DNA of 63,603 bases, filler included, from Reticulomyxa filosa (GCA_000512085.1; 20 parts of 20 records of this genome joined end to end with filler, not necessarily neighbours in it), one strand, 5' to 3'. Shown: positions 12,401 through 26,036, counted from the whole stretch's first letter. Notes: generated from the sequence alone by a model not told the origin. Translations and numbers: made by a program.

Positions 12401-13460
12401 AGATGCTGAACAACAAACTGGACCAAGCCAGAGGTTCGTTTGAAATGGGTGTTACGGTAGGCCCGTCTCCAGCCAATGCCCTGAAATCGGAAAATGACAA
12501 GCCTAGTTATTTTCATCACAAGCATAACAATCTTTCGGGTAATACGCCGCCACAAACACCAGCATCGCCTCGACGTCAAAAGTCGGAGCCAAATGAAGTA
12601 CTCAATTTGAGAAATGACCATTTGCGAAGGTTGATATATTAATACACATATACAATATATATATATGTACATATATGTATACAATATATATGTATATATT
12701 GTATATATGTAATGTATATAGTGGTCGTGAGAACTTGTTCGTAGAGGGACCTGGAAGCAATTCGATATTAATGCCACATTTACCAATGTCACATTCAACG
12801 CCAAAGGGGAGCACGCTCACACGAAGCGTCGGAATTGGGCCGGACAATATGATGAGCGCGCCGAGTGCGAATAGCACCATTCCGCCATTGATAGGTGCGA
12901 TTTATACGTCCACGCCAACCTTGCAGCAGACACCAGCCGTCCCCGGCGGGCCAATGGGCAGTGCAGCGGCACCACCGCCAATGTTGCCGCATTATGTATT
13001 GTCGAATCCACCCATGTCGATTCCTTTCCAGATGCCACTGCACAATGGCTATGGCCAGCCTTTTGTGTCGCATGTCTTCTATGCACCGGCTCCGTATGCA
13101 TTTTACACGACCACTCCTACAGCTGCAACTGCTGCTGCTGTTGCTGCAGTTCCTTCTGCTGGCCCTCCTGGTCCCAATGGCTCTTCTTCGTCCTCTTCAT
13201 CATCGGCGCCGTCTTCGATCACCACTGTTTCCTCCTCGTCCGCACCGACATCCGCGTCGACATCCGCACCTGCATCGGCGTCCTCGTCTTCTGTCTCCAC
13301 GCCCTCCGTCTACGCCAGTTCGGTGAGTTCGACGCCGTTGTCCAGCAAGGTCCCACAGCCTCCGCTGTTCATTGCTACGCGAAGTAACAACAATATTATA
13401 TTAAATAACAATGGCAATAATATCAATACAAGTAATAATAATATTAATAGCAATAATAAC

Positions 13461-13498
<38 letters not shown>

Positions 13499-14102
13499 TA
13501 ATAATAATAACATAAATAACGCCGCGAATAATCCCCCTTTGGCCGTATTGCAAAGACAAGCGAAAATGTCGAGCAGTTGTTCCTTGCTGCCGTCGCAAAG
13601 CAAAAATGCACAGCGAGGGATGTCGTTGCGACGCGGGAGTGTAAGGGAAATGCAAGAGTTTGGATTGGAGAGTGGCGACGGTGTGAGTCAGGAGATGAAG
13701 AAGAAAATGCACGGCAGTGGCAACACGATATCAGTAGTGAAAGACTTGAGTGCCTTGAAACCGATAAGCAGCAGTAGCAACAACAGCAATGGCACCTCCG
13801 AGTCGCTGTCGGCAGTCAGTCTTTCCAACGACCTGAGTAGCAGCAGTGGTAACACAGACAACAACAAGCGAATGAATATACTCGACGCGGGATATCCTCA
13901 GCGAACTACGTTTTCCCCAAACGTGTCTGTTATCTCTTCGTCCACTCCAAGATCCCCGAGGCCCATTTTTACAAACTCTTCGTCCTTCCGACACGCACCG
14001 ACATTTCTGCAATCGCAAACCAGTGAGCCTTCCATGACCAATCGCAGTGTTGTTTCGCCGACCATTCTCAATCCTGAAACCAATACTATCCTTCACCAGT
14101 GA
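8249..14102 (+). CDS. Large multi-exon protein: Asn-rich, receiver-like segment, C2H2-type Zn fingers, degenerate Nudix domain, long disordered S/P/N tail
   Basis: CGYC..HIPLYH and CPMC..H fingers; HVVIRR..HFLLAQ..FDLPNVQVRFGETLLEAAEKCIAKQAGI..PKSVPTYDSAGAAW Nudix fold; exons linked by GT-AG introns (e.g. 10202-10287, 12630-12721). Linkage of all downstream exons is not fully verified. Confidence 0.6.
9308..9400 (+). repeat. (AAT/AAC)n coding microsatellite encoding poly-Asn
   Basis: About 30 Asn codons in frame; similar tracts at about 13450-13510, 41100-41155 and 48510-48570. Confidence 0.95.
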
Positions 14103-14638
14103 TATTTTTGTTTTTGTTTTTATTTTTATTTTTAGACAATGCATTTTGAACACAAACACGAATACACACATAACATATAACATATACGTGTACATATATG
14201 TGTATACAGCGTATAGGAACGTGTTTACAATAGTCGCAATTTTGATATTTTATCGAGCGAAGTAATGCCTTATTTGTTGTTGTTGTTTTTTTTTTCTCTC
14301 CCTTCTTCTACTTCTTCTTCTACTTCTTCTTTTTTTCGCTCCTCATTCCCAAAACTTATAATAATAATAATGATAACTAGTCATTAATAATAAAAGATGA
14401 CAACAAAAACAAAGACAAAAACAAAAACAAAACAAAATGATGAAAAGTGAAACAAAGAGGACAAATGGGATGTGTGAATATGCAGTGTTGAGTATGTTGT
14501 ATTTCATTCTTTATTTTTTCACTTCCCTTTTTTTTAATTTTCAAGTTGGATTCTAGTGGAAGGTCTACGATTCCACGCCCATTACATACAAAATAAAATT
14601 TACAAAAATATTTACATTTTATGTTATGGGTTGGAGTG

Positions 14639-14678
<40 letters not shown>

Positions 14679-14778
14679 NNNNNNNNNNNNNNNNNNNNNN
14701 NNNNNNNNNNNNNNNNNNNNNNTTAATTAATTAANNNNNNNNNNNNNNNNNNNNNNNNNNNNNNNNNNNNNNNNNNNN

Positions 14779-14882
14779 TCATCATCATCATCAATAGCAA
14801 TGGCAGTTAGTGCAGGGATAGAAAGCACGCTACTTCGTCTTCTTTTGAGAGATGACGGGCCTCCTGTAGCTGAAGTTGATGA

Positions 14883-14917
<35 letters not shown>

Positions 14918-16223
14918 TAGCTGAAGCGGCATTCGCAGCAGCAGCTTCTTCCAAACGGAGGATATGCTTTTTGAGTTCCAACATAAGCTCTTGGGATTTG
15001 GTGTGTGCTTTCTTCTCCTTTTCCAACTCTTGAGTAGTGTGGTCGAGCCTTTGAGAGACATCCGTGAGCTCCTCTCTCATGTCCACAACATAGCGATCGT
15101 TTTCGGCGTCCATTCGCTGCAGGACGTCGATCAAGTCTTGGGCGGATCGCAATTGCGTATTGAGCTTTTGCATTTGCTGTTCAAAGTCCAAGTTTTTTTC
15201 AGTGAGTTGGACGACCATGTCTTGCAAGTCGGCGTAGCTATCGATTTGATGTTTCAAGTCTTCCACGATCAGTTGGCACTGACGCAACTCTTTTTCGGTG
15301 GACTCCAACTTTTTGACTTTTTCTTCCAAAGGCACTAATTTCTTATTGTCCATTTCCAACTTTAGCATATCTTCGTTGCGCTTTTCAATCTGTTGTAGCA
15401 CGGCTTGACGTAGTTTCTGCAACGACTGTTTCAGCGTTTCGTTTTCCAATAGGATATACGCCGCCTCTTTTTCATTGAGATTGGCCAGGTCTGCCACAAA
15501 TGTCTCTTTCAACACTTGCTGCTCTTCCTTCGTCTCTTCCAACTCCAGTTCACATAACTCATAGCGACACTTCCAAGTCTCGGCCTCGTCCTTCACTTTA
15601 CGCAACTCTACTGCCATGTCTTCTTTTTCCAACGACAGTCTCTCCACTACCTCTTCCGCCTCTGTCACGCGGTCTTCCATCTCTTGCATCTTCAACTCCT
15701 TCTCCTTCAGTTGTCCATATAATCCGTCAATTTCTTGTCGCAGCTTCTGCTGATGTGCCTGAAACATGGCTGCCGCCGACGACGACGACTCCGATATTGG
15801 ATTCGATCCGCTCTCCGCTCCTGTTTCTCCTCCCTTCTCGTCCGTTTGTGTCATTGCATCCTTCTTACTCTTACTCGTATCCATCGACGACGAATCAATC
15901 ACCACCGGCGTACTTTTCCCTGCATTGCTCCCTCCTGTCGCCTTTTTTATCGATTCATTTATATTCTTTGCTGCTGCTCCTCCTGGCGTCGATGGGCCGC
16001 CTGTCTTTCCTGCTACCTTCTTAAATCTCAATGCCAAGTCCATGAAACCATAACCTGCTCTGCATTCAAAGTAACGCTTCTTTGATCCTGCTGGCTTCCC
16101 GTCGTGGTGTCCCGCCTTCTCCTCCAACTCCACTCCCAAGTACATTTTGTTCGCTTCTGCCCATTCTTCTCCGGAGCTTTGCCATAATATTTCACTGTCC
16201 CTTTTTTCCCTTTTAGCTCGCCA

Positions 16224-16224
<1 letters not shown>
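14779..16224 (-). CDS. DCTN1: Dynactin p150Glued-like subunit (CAP-Gly plus coiled coil), partial
   Basis: CAP-Gly KGTVKYYG..YLGVEL...GHHDG..RYFEC..GYGF; p150 coiled-coil signatures ERLSLEKEDM, ENETLKQSLQKLR, LKHQIDSYADLQDMVVQLTEKNLDFE; a 1-bp frameshift near 16172. Confidence 0.75.
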
Positions 16225-16263
<39 letters not shown>

Positions 16264-16363
16264 NNNNNNNNNNNNNNNNNNNNNNNNNNNNNNNNNNNNN
16301 NNNNNNNTTAATTAATTAANNNNNNNNNNNNNNNNNNNNNNNNNNNNNNNNNNNNNNNNNNNN

Positions 16364-16869
16364 TATAGTGGTTTAGCATAAGTGCTTTTCAAAAAATTGA
16401 TACACAATTTGTCGCCGCCACTCATTGTCAAATCATTGTCGTTTGTTACATTTTTTATGTTTGTATTTGCATTTGCATTTGTATTTATATTTTGCAATGG
16501 TTTCACCGTTTTCACTTTCAGCCAATTGCGGTATTTGCATTGAAAACCAAAGCATATCTTATCTTCCACCTCTTTTCTTGGCTTCACAAATGTTGTTTCC
16601 AATGCTTGTTGCTCTTCTTTTTGCTCGCTGTAACTTATCTCTTGCACTTGTTCATCCTTTCGCTTTGCGTCCGTTTCTTCGCTCGACTCCATATAAGCCT
16701 TGTGTTGAGAGGCCAGGAATTCTTGACATGCCTTTGGGTCACTTTCTGCCAAGTCATTCATAAGTCCATGCAATGCTCTCTTAGTTTTGCTGTCAAAAAA
16801 GATTAAGAAAACAGACTCATCAGAAAGTATGCAGTACCTGTCTTACTCAATGTTTAATAGATTTTCCAT
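16364..16869 (-). CDS. PIH1-domain protein (PIH1D2-like), 5' part
   Basis: MENLLNID|KTKRALHGLMNDLAESDPKACQEFLASQ resembles the PIH1D2 N-terminal LDDLA.SDP..Y..F..QQ motif; downstream P..CFGF and KLCINF..P motifs. Confidence 0.5.
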
Positions 16870-18849
16870 GGGCGATCTTTGTTTTTTCGAAAACGACGTC
16901 AAAACTCATTTCTAAAGTTCTTCTTTGTCATTGTTTTTAAAGACGGATCGAAGTGGGATTGACCAAGATATTTTCTTTAAAAATACACCAAAAAGAAAAT
17001 TTAGCGCAATGTCAAATAAAACTCTTTAAAGACATGAATTCCTTACATACAGAAGCACACAAAATATTTCGAAAAAAAACTAGGCGTTGAAAAGGATATA
17101 GTAATATGAAAGAAGGAGTATTGATATGTTTCAAAAAATATCGTAATTTTTGTGTTTAAAATAACAAACGTAAACAGGCAAATATCTACCACAGAAGATA
17201 ACCTGAACACAACAGAGGGGGTAAGAAGGAAAAAAAAAAGATGATATTGATAATAATCAAAATGGAAATCTGGCAAAAAGACTCCATCTGAATGATGATA
17301 CTTCTAATATAGCAAAATTGGAACTGTCATTTCTGGTAGTTATTTTGCGGCTTGAAAAGAGGTGTTCAATACTAAGGCAGAACACATTTGTTGGTTGTCA
17401 TTTACAAATAGATGGGTTTGCATCCAAAAAATGATTTGGAAGATTCAATAATCAAATGGGCATATGAATCTCTCTCCAAAGGAAAGTCTGTGGATGTAAG
17501 AAAGTGTTATATTTTCCAAAGAGGAGAGTGTAAAGGTTCATATGCAATACAACGAAGAGGTCGGCACAGAGAGCCACCTTTGCACATCGGATAGCAAAGA
17601 GCATATGGTATATATGTGTATACTTATCTCAATCACAAATCGAAGTATCTTTAGAACATTTAATCACAACAAAAAAAGACGACACAAAATCGGCCACCAT
17701 TGTACGCAAGCCTTTAATTAATTTTTTTTATTTGATTCAAGTATTTAATACTTGCCTCAAATTTTTTGATTGAAAATTTTTTTTTTAAAATAATTTCAGT
17801 TAACCTGTTATCTTTAATCAAATTATGCTCATCGTAAAAAATTTCTAAATTTTAATATTTTTAATCTAAAAGAAAGTAGAACATATTCAGATAGACTCGA
17901 TTTGCTACCTTGTACTGTTTAGAGTTAGTACCAAGAAAAAAAAAACAATAAGTGTTCCAAAAGAGCCACGCGTAAGACTGTAGAAATTGATTCTTGCCAC
18001 TATTCCTGGTAAAAAAAAGATCTCGAGTAATGTCCTCTTGTCGTCAGTNNNNNNNNNNNNNNNNNNNNNNNNNNNNNNNNNNNNNNNNNNNNTTAATTAA
18101 TTAANNNNNNNNNNNNNNNNNNNNNNNNNNNNNNNNNNNNNNNNNNNNTGACAATTTTTCACAACGATCGTTAATGATGATAATATAAACCTCAATTTCT
18201 TTGATTACCCATTGAATTCATCAAATTTTTAATTAATGAATTAGGATTTGTCAATCTGTTTAATGATGTCCCTGTTGTTGCTTTCGACAGACGATTGCAT
18301 CTTATTTTGGATAGCAATCAAAAGTATTTTAAACTCAAAATACAGGCTGATAAAAGCAAAAATCCTTTTATTAGCCTTTTTTTTTTATTTTATTAGCCTG
18401 TTCTTAGGCCTGGGTATAGCAGCTCTCGATTATGTCTGCAAATGGAATATATCAACCTCACTAAATAATGAGGGTGCTGATTATACTTTTATTTAACCGG
18501 CAAGGCTTTATTGTTTGCATTTCGCTATATAAAATACTCTTTCTCTTAAAAGCGCGGGTGAAGTTTATGCTGAACCAACGGCGAAAGACCCTCCCAAAAA
18601 TAAATTGCAACAAACACGTTGCCAAAAGGAGTAAAAAAGGTAGGAAGTCACACTCAAGACACTATTAAAAAAAACTTTGTCACTATAAAGATTTTTTACT
18701 AGTTAAAAAAATTTTCTTTGTCTTTAGAATTTTGAGAAATTTTCTGCGACGAAGATCGTTGAAAATACTAAACTTTATTTTCAAAATTTGATAGATGTTG
18801 ACGTATCTTGACTATTTTGGCCAAAATCTCTTTCAAAATACAACTAGTG

Positions 18850-18995
18850 TCAGCAAATTCAATTGCAAAATTCATTTCGAATTGACTAAATTACGAAGAA
18901 AAAATTCGATATGGTTATGGACAGACTTGCAGGACAAAGCATTTGAGAAATTGAAAAAAGCTGTTGCAAATGCTAAACTGTTGAAGCAAGCAAAG
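18850..18995 (+). mobile_element. Degraded Ty3/gypsy LTR-retrotransposon pol fragment (RT-RNase H connection)
   Basis: ELTKLRRKNSIWLWTDLQDKAFEKLKKAVANAKLL matches the gypsy L..LLkK...w.W...q..AF..LK..l...pvL motif; flanks are decayed. Confidence 0.65.
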
Positions 18996-19539
18996 AAAAT
19001 CACATCGAAATACAAAACAAAGAAAAGAGTAAAATAAGAGAAAAGTGAGTTGTATTGTGAAGAAAGCTTAACCTACTTTAAAAAAAAATAAAAAAAATCA
19101 AACATCCATCCCATCATTAGACCAAACGTAAAATAGTGGTCAATGGAGAAACTGAGATATGCCATCTTCCCACCAACATGGACAAATTGTTAATGTCTAA
19201 AATCTCAAAATGTGGGGAAAAAAGTGGAACAGGAAAATCGCAATCCAGATCGCAGTGCAGAAACATAAGCATTATGGTGATCGCTGAATCCTTCGATTCG
19301 TCGCTAAAAAAAAAATTATTCATCATCATATTAACTTTTGTCAAAAAGTTGTATTTCGAAGGCGAAAAACGTTTGAACCTGCAAAATCATTTGTATTTTA
19401 NNNNNNNNNNNNNNNNNNNNNNNNNNNNNNNNNNNNNNNNNNNNTTAATTAATTAANNNNNNNNNNNNNNNNNNNNNNNNNNNNNNNNNNNNNNNNNNNN
19501 TTTTTTTTTTTTTTTATTTTTTTTTTTTTTTTTTTTTTT

Positions 19540-19677
19540 TTAATTAGTACCGATAACTCGTTTGCCATCGGTGCATCCATGAAACTCGAAAACAATGTGG
19601 AGGGGGACACAGGTCACATTGCCAGTGGTGATAATGCCGTCGTCAGTCCACACACCTGTTCCAATCTGCAAGGCATC

Positions 19678-19708
<31 letters not shown>

Positions 19709-21105
19709 GACGTGGGTTGGAGATAACGAAGAAGAAAGACAGCAAACATATTGTTATCAGCGTGGAACGAAAAAGCTAACGACAAGTGATCGTCGAGTTG
19801 GACATACGTGGACTTGCCAACCAACCGACTCTGCGCGAGACAAGGACGGAGCGAGTGCCGCATGTAATAGCTCAAGAGCTTCGTCAGCGAATACTGAAAC
19901 GTCCCGGACACCTCGTTGCCGGCACTCCATTCTCCACAGAAGCGATCGAGCTCCAAGCGGCCTGTGAACACATCCTCGGCGACGTACTGTTCAAACGTGA
20001 CCGACAGCTCGCCCGTTAGCGTCCAGCACCCCGTCGAAACGGCATATTTTTGGTCCTCGATCATATCGTCGTCTTGGTCATTGTTATTATGTTCGTCGAT
20101 ACTGTCATTGTTTCCTTGTTGCCATTGCATGTGTGATCGAGACGAAGAGGAGGAGGAAGGAGAGGAAGGAGAGGAAGGAGAAGAGGAAGATTGCAGCCAC
20201 ACGCAACGAAAGCCACAAACACTTCCATCCTCATCCAACCACAACATTGATGTATTTCGTTCTGGCTTTCGCGGCTGCGTTTTCGGCTTTTTACGCTGCG
20301 GGAAAGGCATGCTGCCTGTCTTCTGCTGTACACTCACTTTCTCGTAATCGCTGTCCATTTGGCAGTAGTCCACGAACAAGTCCGCCTCTGTTCGCTGCGG
20401 TGGGTACACCACTCCTGAAAAAAAGTAACAGCCAGGCATCACAATGCTGTCCAACACAATTCGCTCCACCACGTCTGCTGGCAAGTCCACTTCATATCGC
20501 AACGCACACTCCTTCACCGCCCTGCTCCATTCTTCTTTTTGTTCTGCAAACCACACTTTCTTTTCTATTCACAGGTGTTACACATATACACATATACACA
20601 TATTCATTGACGACATGACGTATACATATACATATATGTACATATATATATTTATACATAGCACAAATGAAACAAAACTCGTAGTAACATGTGGACGAGA
20701 GGGGGATGAACTTTGTGTGGGAAACATATCATCTTTGAGAGGTGGCGGAACATTTGTGGGTGATCCCCTTTCGTCGGTCAATTTTTTGGAATCTTTGGCA
20801 AAGTGATTGTTTGTGGGAGGAGGAGGAGGAGGGGGTGTCATTATTTGCGTGTAATTGGCCAACTCGATGGTCGTCTTGTTGTTGCCATTGTCATTGTCAT
20901 TGTTATTGTTGTTGCTGTGATGGCGGACGGGTCGAGTTTGCGCCGCATTCGGCAGCGGCACTTTGACAGAAAGGCCGTTGTGTTCGATAATATCTAGTGT
21001 TTCAGTTCGTTTCAGGCTTTGTCTCTTTTGCTGACTTATGCTGGCCCTGCGGATACGTGATAAATTCAAGTACGGATGTACTGACGATGAAGAAGAGGAA
21101 GAGGA
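19540..21105 (-). CDS. Hypothetical protein, internal exons
   Basis: GC-rich ORFs at 20680-21105 and 19540-20573 separated by a (TA/TG)-rich GT-AG intron; no family recognised. Confidence 0.5.
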
Positions 21106-21205
21106 NNNNNNNNNNNNNNNNNNNNNNNNNNNNNNNNNNNNNNNNNNNNTTAATTAATTAANNNNNNNNNNNNNNNNNNNNNNNNNNNNNNNNNNNNNNN
21201 NNNNN

Positions 21206-22200
21206 GCCTTTTCCCGTCGTTTTCATTGACATTACATGCGCACGTTTGTTTGTTTTTTCTTTCAAAAAAAAAAAGTGTACCTTTTTGATTTTTGTCTGCT
21301 TTGAGACTGGTAGTAGTCAGCCGCAATTCTTTTTCGGAATTCGATGATCCTTCTTTTTCTTTGTTTTGCTCATCATCGGTGACAAGAGCAACAGCAGTGG
21401 TAATAGAAGTAGTAGTCGCAGTGGTCTTAGCAGCAGAAGTAGTAGTAGTAGTAGTAGTAGTGTCAGGTTGTGATCGTGACTTGCATAAAAAGGGGATGTT
21501 TTGACAGGCGCGTCTGAAATGACAAGTGTCCAATGGAACGCAGATATACTCGATCCATCGATCGGATTGCTCTCGTATTTTCTTTTCCAATGACTTTGTT
21601 TTTGCTCTGCTCTTGTGTTATCCAAACAACACAATTTATATTTGCAACCAATCAAAAAATATATGTATATAATAATGATAATGAACCGTCAAGTTTTTTA
21701 AAGTCTTGCAATGTGAGGATAGGCTCACGCAAGCAACAACAACAGCACGCGGGAATGAGTCCCCAATTGGCATTGTACATCAACGAGAAGCAGACGACGG
21801 AGACGGCGACCGAGTACATCAACAGCTGGACCACGCCGGCAAAGAACAGAGCAATGAACAGAATGAAAGTGACGGCCAATGCGATGAAGGCGAGAGTGAA
21901 GTAGAACTTGAGCAATGCGTGATCTCGATACTGCGTTCTCTGCTTCGCTCGTTCGTTACGTTCGAACACATAGCTTTTCGGCGTCGTTGGCGACAGCATC
22001 GACAGCAGTTGTTCTTCCTTTTCATTCATTTTCTTTTGATACGACGCTTGTTGCGTTAGTCCCAATCCCACTTGGGACATCCCTGATCCATGTCCTTTGG
22101 TCTCCTTCCATTCGCCCGCTACTACCACTCCTAATGCATAGCTGAACAAGCCCCCTACAAATACTGTCAATACTCCGTCCATTGTTAATACCAATACATT
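21206..22200 (-). CDS. Hypothetical multi-pass membrane protein fragment with a Cys cluster
   Basis: Hydrophobic helices (FYFTLAFIALAVTFILFIALFFAGVV...) followed by ACCCCC; further exons at 21290-21610. Confidence 0.5.
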
Positions 22201-22680
22201 CTATTATTTTATATATATATATATATNNNNNNNNNNNNNNNNNNNNNNNNNNNNNNNNNNNNNNNNNNNNTTAATTAATTAANNNNNNNNNNNNNNNNNN
22301 NNNNNNNNNNNNNNNNNNNNNNNNNNATATTATTACTTTTTATTTTAATTGTTTTTTCATTATTTATAACAGTGTTCAATGACTATCAGTTGATCTAAAT
22401 AAAAAAGGAAAAAAGAGAATATCATTTAATTTCACTGGTATGAAATGATTATTAAAAATATTTATCACTTAAACAAGACAATCTTTTTTAATTTTTAAAA
22501 ATGAAAATAACTTTTGAAATGAGTTTTTTCAAATGGTGTAATTTTTGTACCAAAAAAAAATAAGAGCTGGCTACAACAAAACTTCAACAGTTCAAAAAAA
22601 CTTCAAAAAAACTCTAGAATCAATTCATATACATCATCTAATTAAGAAACCAAGAGCCAAAAGGAAAGAAACTGAGTAAA

Positions 22681-23493
22681 ATGGAAGAAGAAAAAAGCAA
22701 AGGCAATGCAAAACTGGACTTGAAATCAATTCCTCAACAACAGTCTTGCTTTGACAAAAATTGGATTTTACAATTAAAATGGTTAAATGTTGGTTTGAGT
22801 AATTTGGATGCAATCATGATTATTTGATATCAAATATGAAATTGCATTTTGATTTGGTTATCAAATCTATTCGACAATATCGGGTATCATTATTTATTGA
22901 TGATTTTAACAAAAAACAATCTATGTCCATCTTGAAAAAAATATAAATAGGAAATTAAATTTGAAAAATGAAACACTTAAAGTGGAGTTACAATTGAAAG
23001 GGAAAAAAGATGAAGAGATTGTCTTTTTGATATTGCTTCAAGTGTTGTTTCAAATTTGCGATCTACAATTAAACTCTGATCATGTTTATTATATTTTTAT
23101 TTTTATTTTCAATTTATTCAAAATATCAAAAGCAAGAAAATAATAAAAACAAAAAACAACATTGGTTAAGATGGAAAAATTAAAAAAAGACATTGAATCA
23201 AAAGATAATGAAATTCAAAAAATAAACAAGAAATACAAGTGAAAAAAAACAAATGATTGAACAAAAAAAGATCGAAGAAAAAAATAAACAAATGAATGGC
23301 AATAAAGAAGAATAAAAAGAAAATATTATGAATAACAATTCATCAGCATCAATTATTAACACATCATCCACCTTCAATTTTGGACTGATATGTTCTTTTA
23401 AATTAATCAATACACAAAGGCTGTGTTGAGTATTAATTATTCAACATTTGATAATTGTCAATTCATTTGTTCTGGATCAAATGACAGAACAGT
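22681..23493 (+). pseudogene. Pseudogene of the expanded RING/coiled-coil-WD40 family
   Basis: MEEEKSK..SCFDKNWILQL start, broken coiled coil, and a frameshifted KLINT..YSTFDNCQFICSGSND that matches the WD40 copy at 24120-24600. Confidence 0.6.
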
Positions 23494-24119
23494 AATATTT
23501 CCACATTTTACATATAATTTATGTCAATTATTCAGGATTTAAAAGCAAATAAAGTGCATGATATGCTTGATTTGTATGACAACTAAATGTTCAAATTAAA
23601 CTCGAAAGAAAAAATAAAGATATTATTCCAAGAATCTGTTTACATTCACTTCTTACAGTTGGACTTAATATCTTTTCAACACATGCAACATATTTTATGT
23701 TATGCTGTTTGATGATATTTTGAAGGAAAAATTGAAAGGAGATTACGAATAATTAAAAAAGAAAAGTATTGAAGATGAATTATTCGAGCAAGCATTCTTG
23801 TTAACTTGGCTCAAATTACGTTTCAATGAGTTTGATTTAAAGAAAAAAATTTTAAAGACTTAACAACAATCCAAATCTTAGATTGATGAATTGAAGTGGA
23901 AATTAAAACAAACTTTTTTTCAACGCCTTTTCACTTAAAAAAAAGTGGTAAATCAAAAAATTTTATTCATATATGTTCATCCCCAAACATTAATTGAGCC
24001 ATTGCTTAGACCATAACATNNNNNNNNNNNNNNNNNNNNNNNNNNNNNNNNNNNNNNNNNNNNTTAATTAATTAANNNNNNNNNNNNNNNNNNNNNNNNN
24101 NNNNNNNNNNNNNNNNNNN

Positions 24120-24890
24120 CGAATGTCCATTGAAAACATGTAATGATTTTGATGTTTCAACATCCCATAAACGAATAGTTTTGTCATATGATCCAGAACA
24201 CAAATATCTACCACCATTAAATTGTGAAAATTCAATACCATATATACTATTAGCGTGTCCTTTAAATATTTGTAATTGTTTATTATGTCTGAAATCCCAA
24301 AAACGAATGGTTTTGTTCATTGATGAAAAACAAATGACATTTTGACGATGATTATGATAATGATATGATGAAAATTTCACACAATTCACAGAATTTGAGT
24401 CCATTGAATGATTGAATTTGTTTGTTGTTATCAACGTCACATACACAAACTGTTTGATCATCTGACCCAGAGCAAATGAATTGACAATCACCAAATGTCG
24501 AATAATCAATACTGTTCACAAAACTATTATTTCTAGTGAATGTATTAATTAATTTGGATGATGAACGAAATGTATCAAACATGAAGATAATGTGTACCTA
24601 TATTAAATAATGTTGGAATATTTTATGAACACTGCATGAAAGAAAAAAAAATAAACTGACATAATTGACAATAATTTTGTCAAAATCTTTGATCCATCCT
24701 AATTTAATTTTTAGTATTCGAACCCAATGCTGAATAATTACTTGAATCTCTTCTTCTTTTGACTATTCAATCATAAAGCAAAAAAAGATAAACAAAAAAT
24801 AAAGAAGAATCTAAAGACAACTTGAACACAACTTTGTTGATAAGTTTAAGTTCATCTGTTCTTTCTTTCTTTTGAAAGATGATCTTGGAT
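24120..24890 (-). pseudogene. WD40-repeat protein with a frameshift (pseudogene or sequencing error), 3'-truncated
   Basis: EEEIQVIIQHWVRILKIKLGWIKDFDK linker, then WD40 repeats (GH..FS..GRYLCSGSYDKTIRLWD); frame break at about 24400. Confidence 0.75.
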
Positions 24891-25389
24891 GATGTTAGAT
24901 AAAAAATGCTACGCTTTTTATTTTTTAGAGGAACGAAGGGGTTAATGAAAAATTAAATTGAGCCTCCATTTAATGAGAGATATAGATGTTATATTTTGTA
25001 AAACATTAAGACATGACAACAATGACCTATGCTTTTCTAGTTTATTTAAGATGTGAAACAATTAATAGGACAACATATTTGTGGATTTCAGTTGGTATGA
25101 TAGTCGGATTGTAACTGTAAATGAAAAAAAAAAATTAATAAAATGATGGAAAAAGACAAAGTGAAAATCATTTCAAAGTTTGGACAATTATTAACTAATG
25201 GTTTACGTCAAAATAAATAAAAACATAACTTTAATTGATATATACGTTATTTGTCAATTATTATCAAATTTCTTATAAAATAAAAACTTTTTTTGTTCGT
25301 TTGAAAATGTGGAAGTTACTTTCTTAAGATGATGCATCATCGATGTAATTTTCCTCCCTTTTTCTGTTTTATGTATTCTGTTTCGAAAA

Positions 25390-25610
25390 AAATATCAACA
25401 ATGCTTTGACAGAAATTGGGTGCTGTAATTAAACGCACAAAAATCAATAATTTTATTTGTTTGATTTGCAAACAAGTTGCAAGCAATCCAGCTGAAATCA
25501 ATTGTTTTCAGTATGAGGACATGAATGAAGTATTGCTATCTGAAGATAATTTTTAAACAATTCTGTAACAGTAATAACAATGTATGTCCTGCTCAGCCTC
25601 ATAAAGAGTA
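25390..25610 (+). pseudogene. Relic of a RING/TRAF-type Zn-finger N-terminus of the same expanded family
   Basis: QCFDRNWVL...FICLICKQVASNPAEINC with stops and frameshifts; homologous to the start of the 22681 relic. Confidence 0.5.
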
Positions 25611-26036
25611 AAAAATAGCGACTTGCAAAGAAAGTAAACATCGACGTAAATAAAAAATAAAAATAAAAGTAAAATTTACATGATTTAACAACACACTAAG
25701 AAAAAAAAAGTTAAAGCAAAAAGCGCGTTNNNNNNNNNNNNNNNNNNNNNNNNNNNNNNNNNNNNNNNNNNNNTTAATTAATTAANNNNNNNNNNNNNNN
25801 NNNNNNNNNNNNNNNNNNNNNNNNNNNNNCCTTTGAACACTACATTTTACATTCGAGCCAAGTCACTCTCAATCGATAAATATCTGTTGACTTCAAACAA
25901 ATATCGCACAACAAAAAAAAAACCTGAAACTAGCGGTGTTGGCTTGAGCATCAGGAATTCATACGTCTGTAAAGAAAAGACAACATATCACTACATATTT
26001 AAAAAAAATTGTTTCTTAAAAAAAAACAAACCTTAT

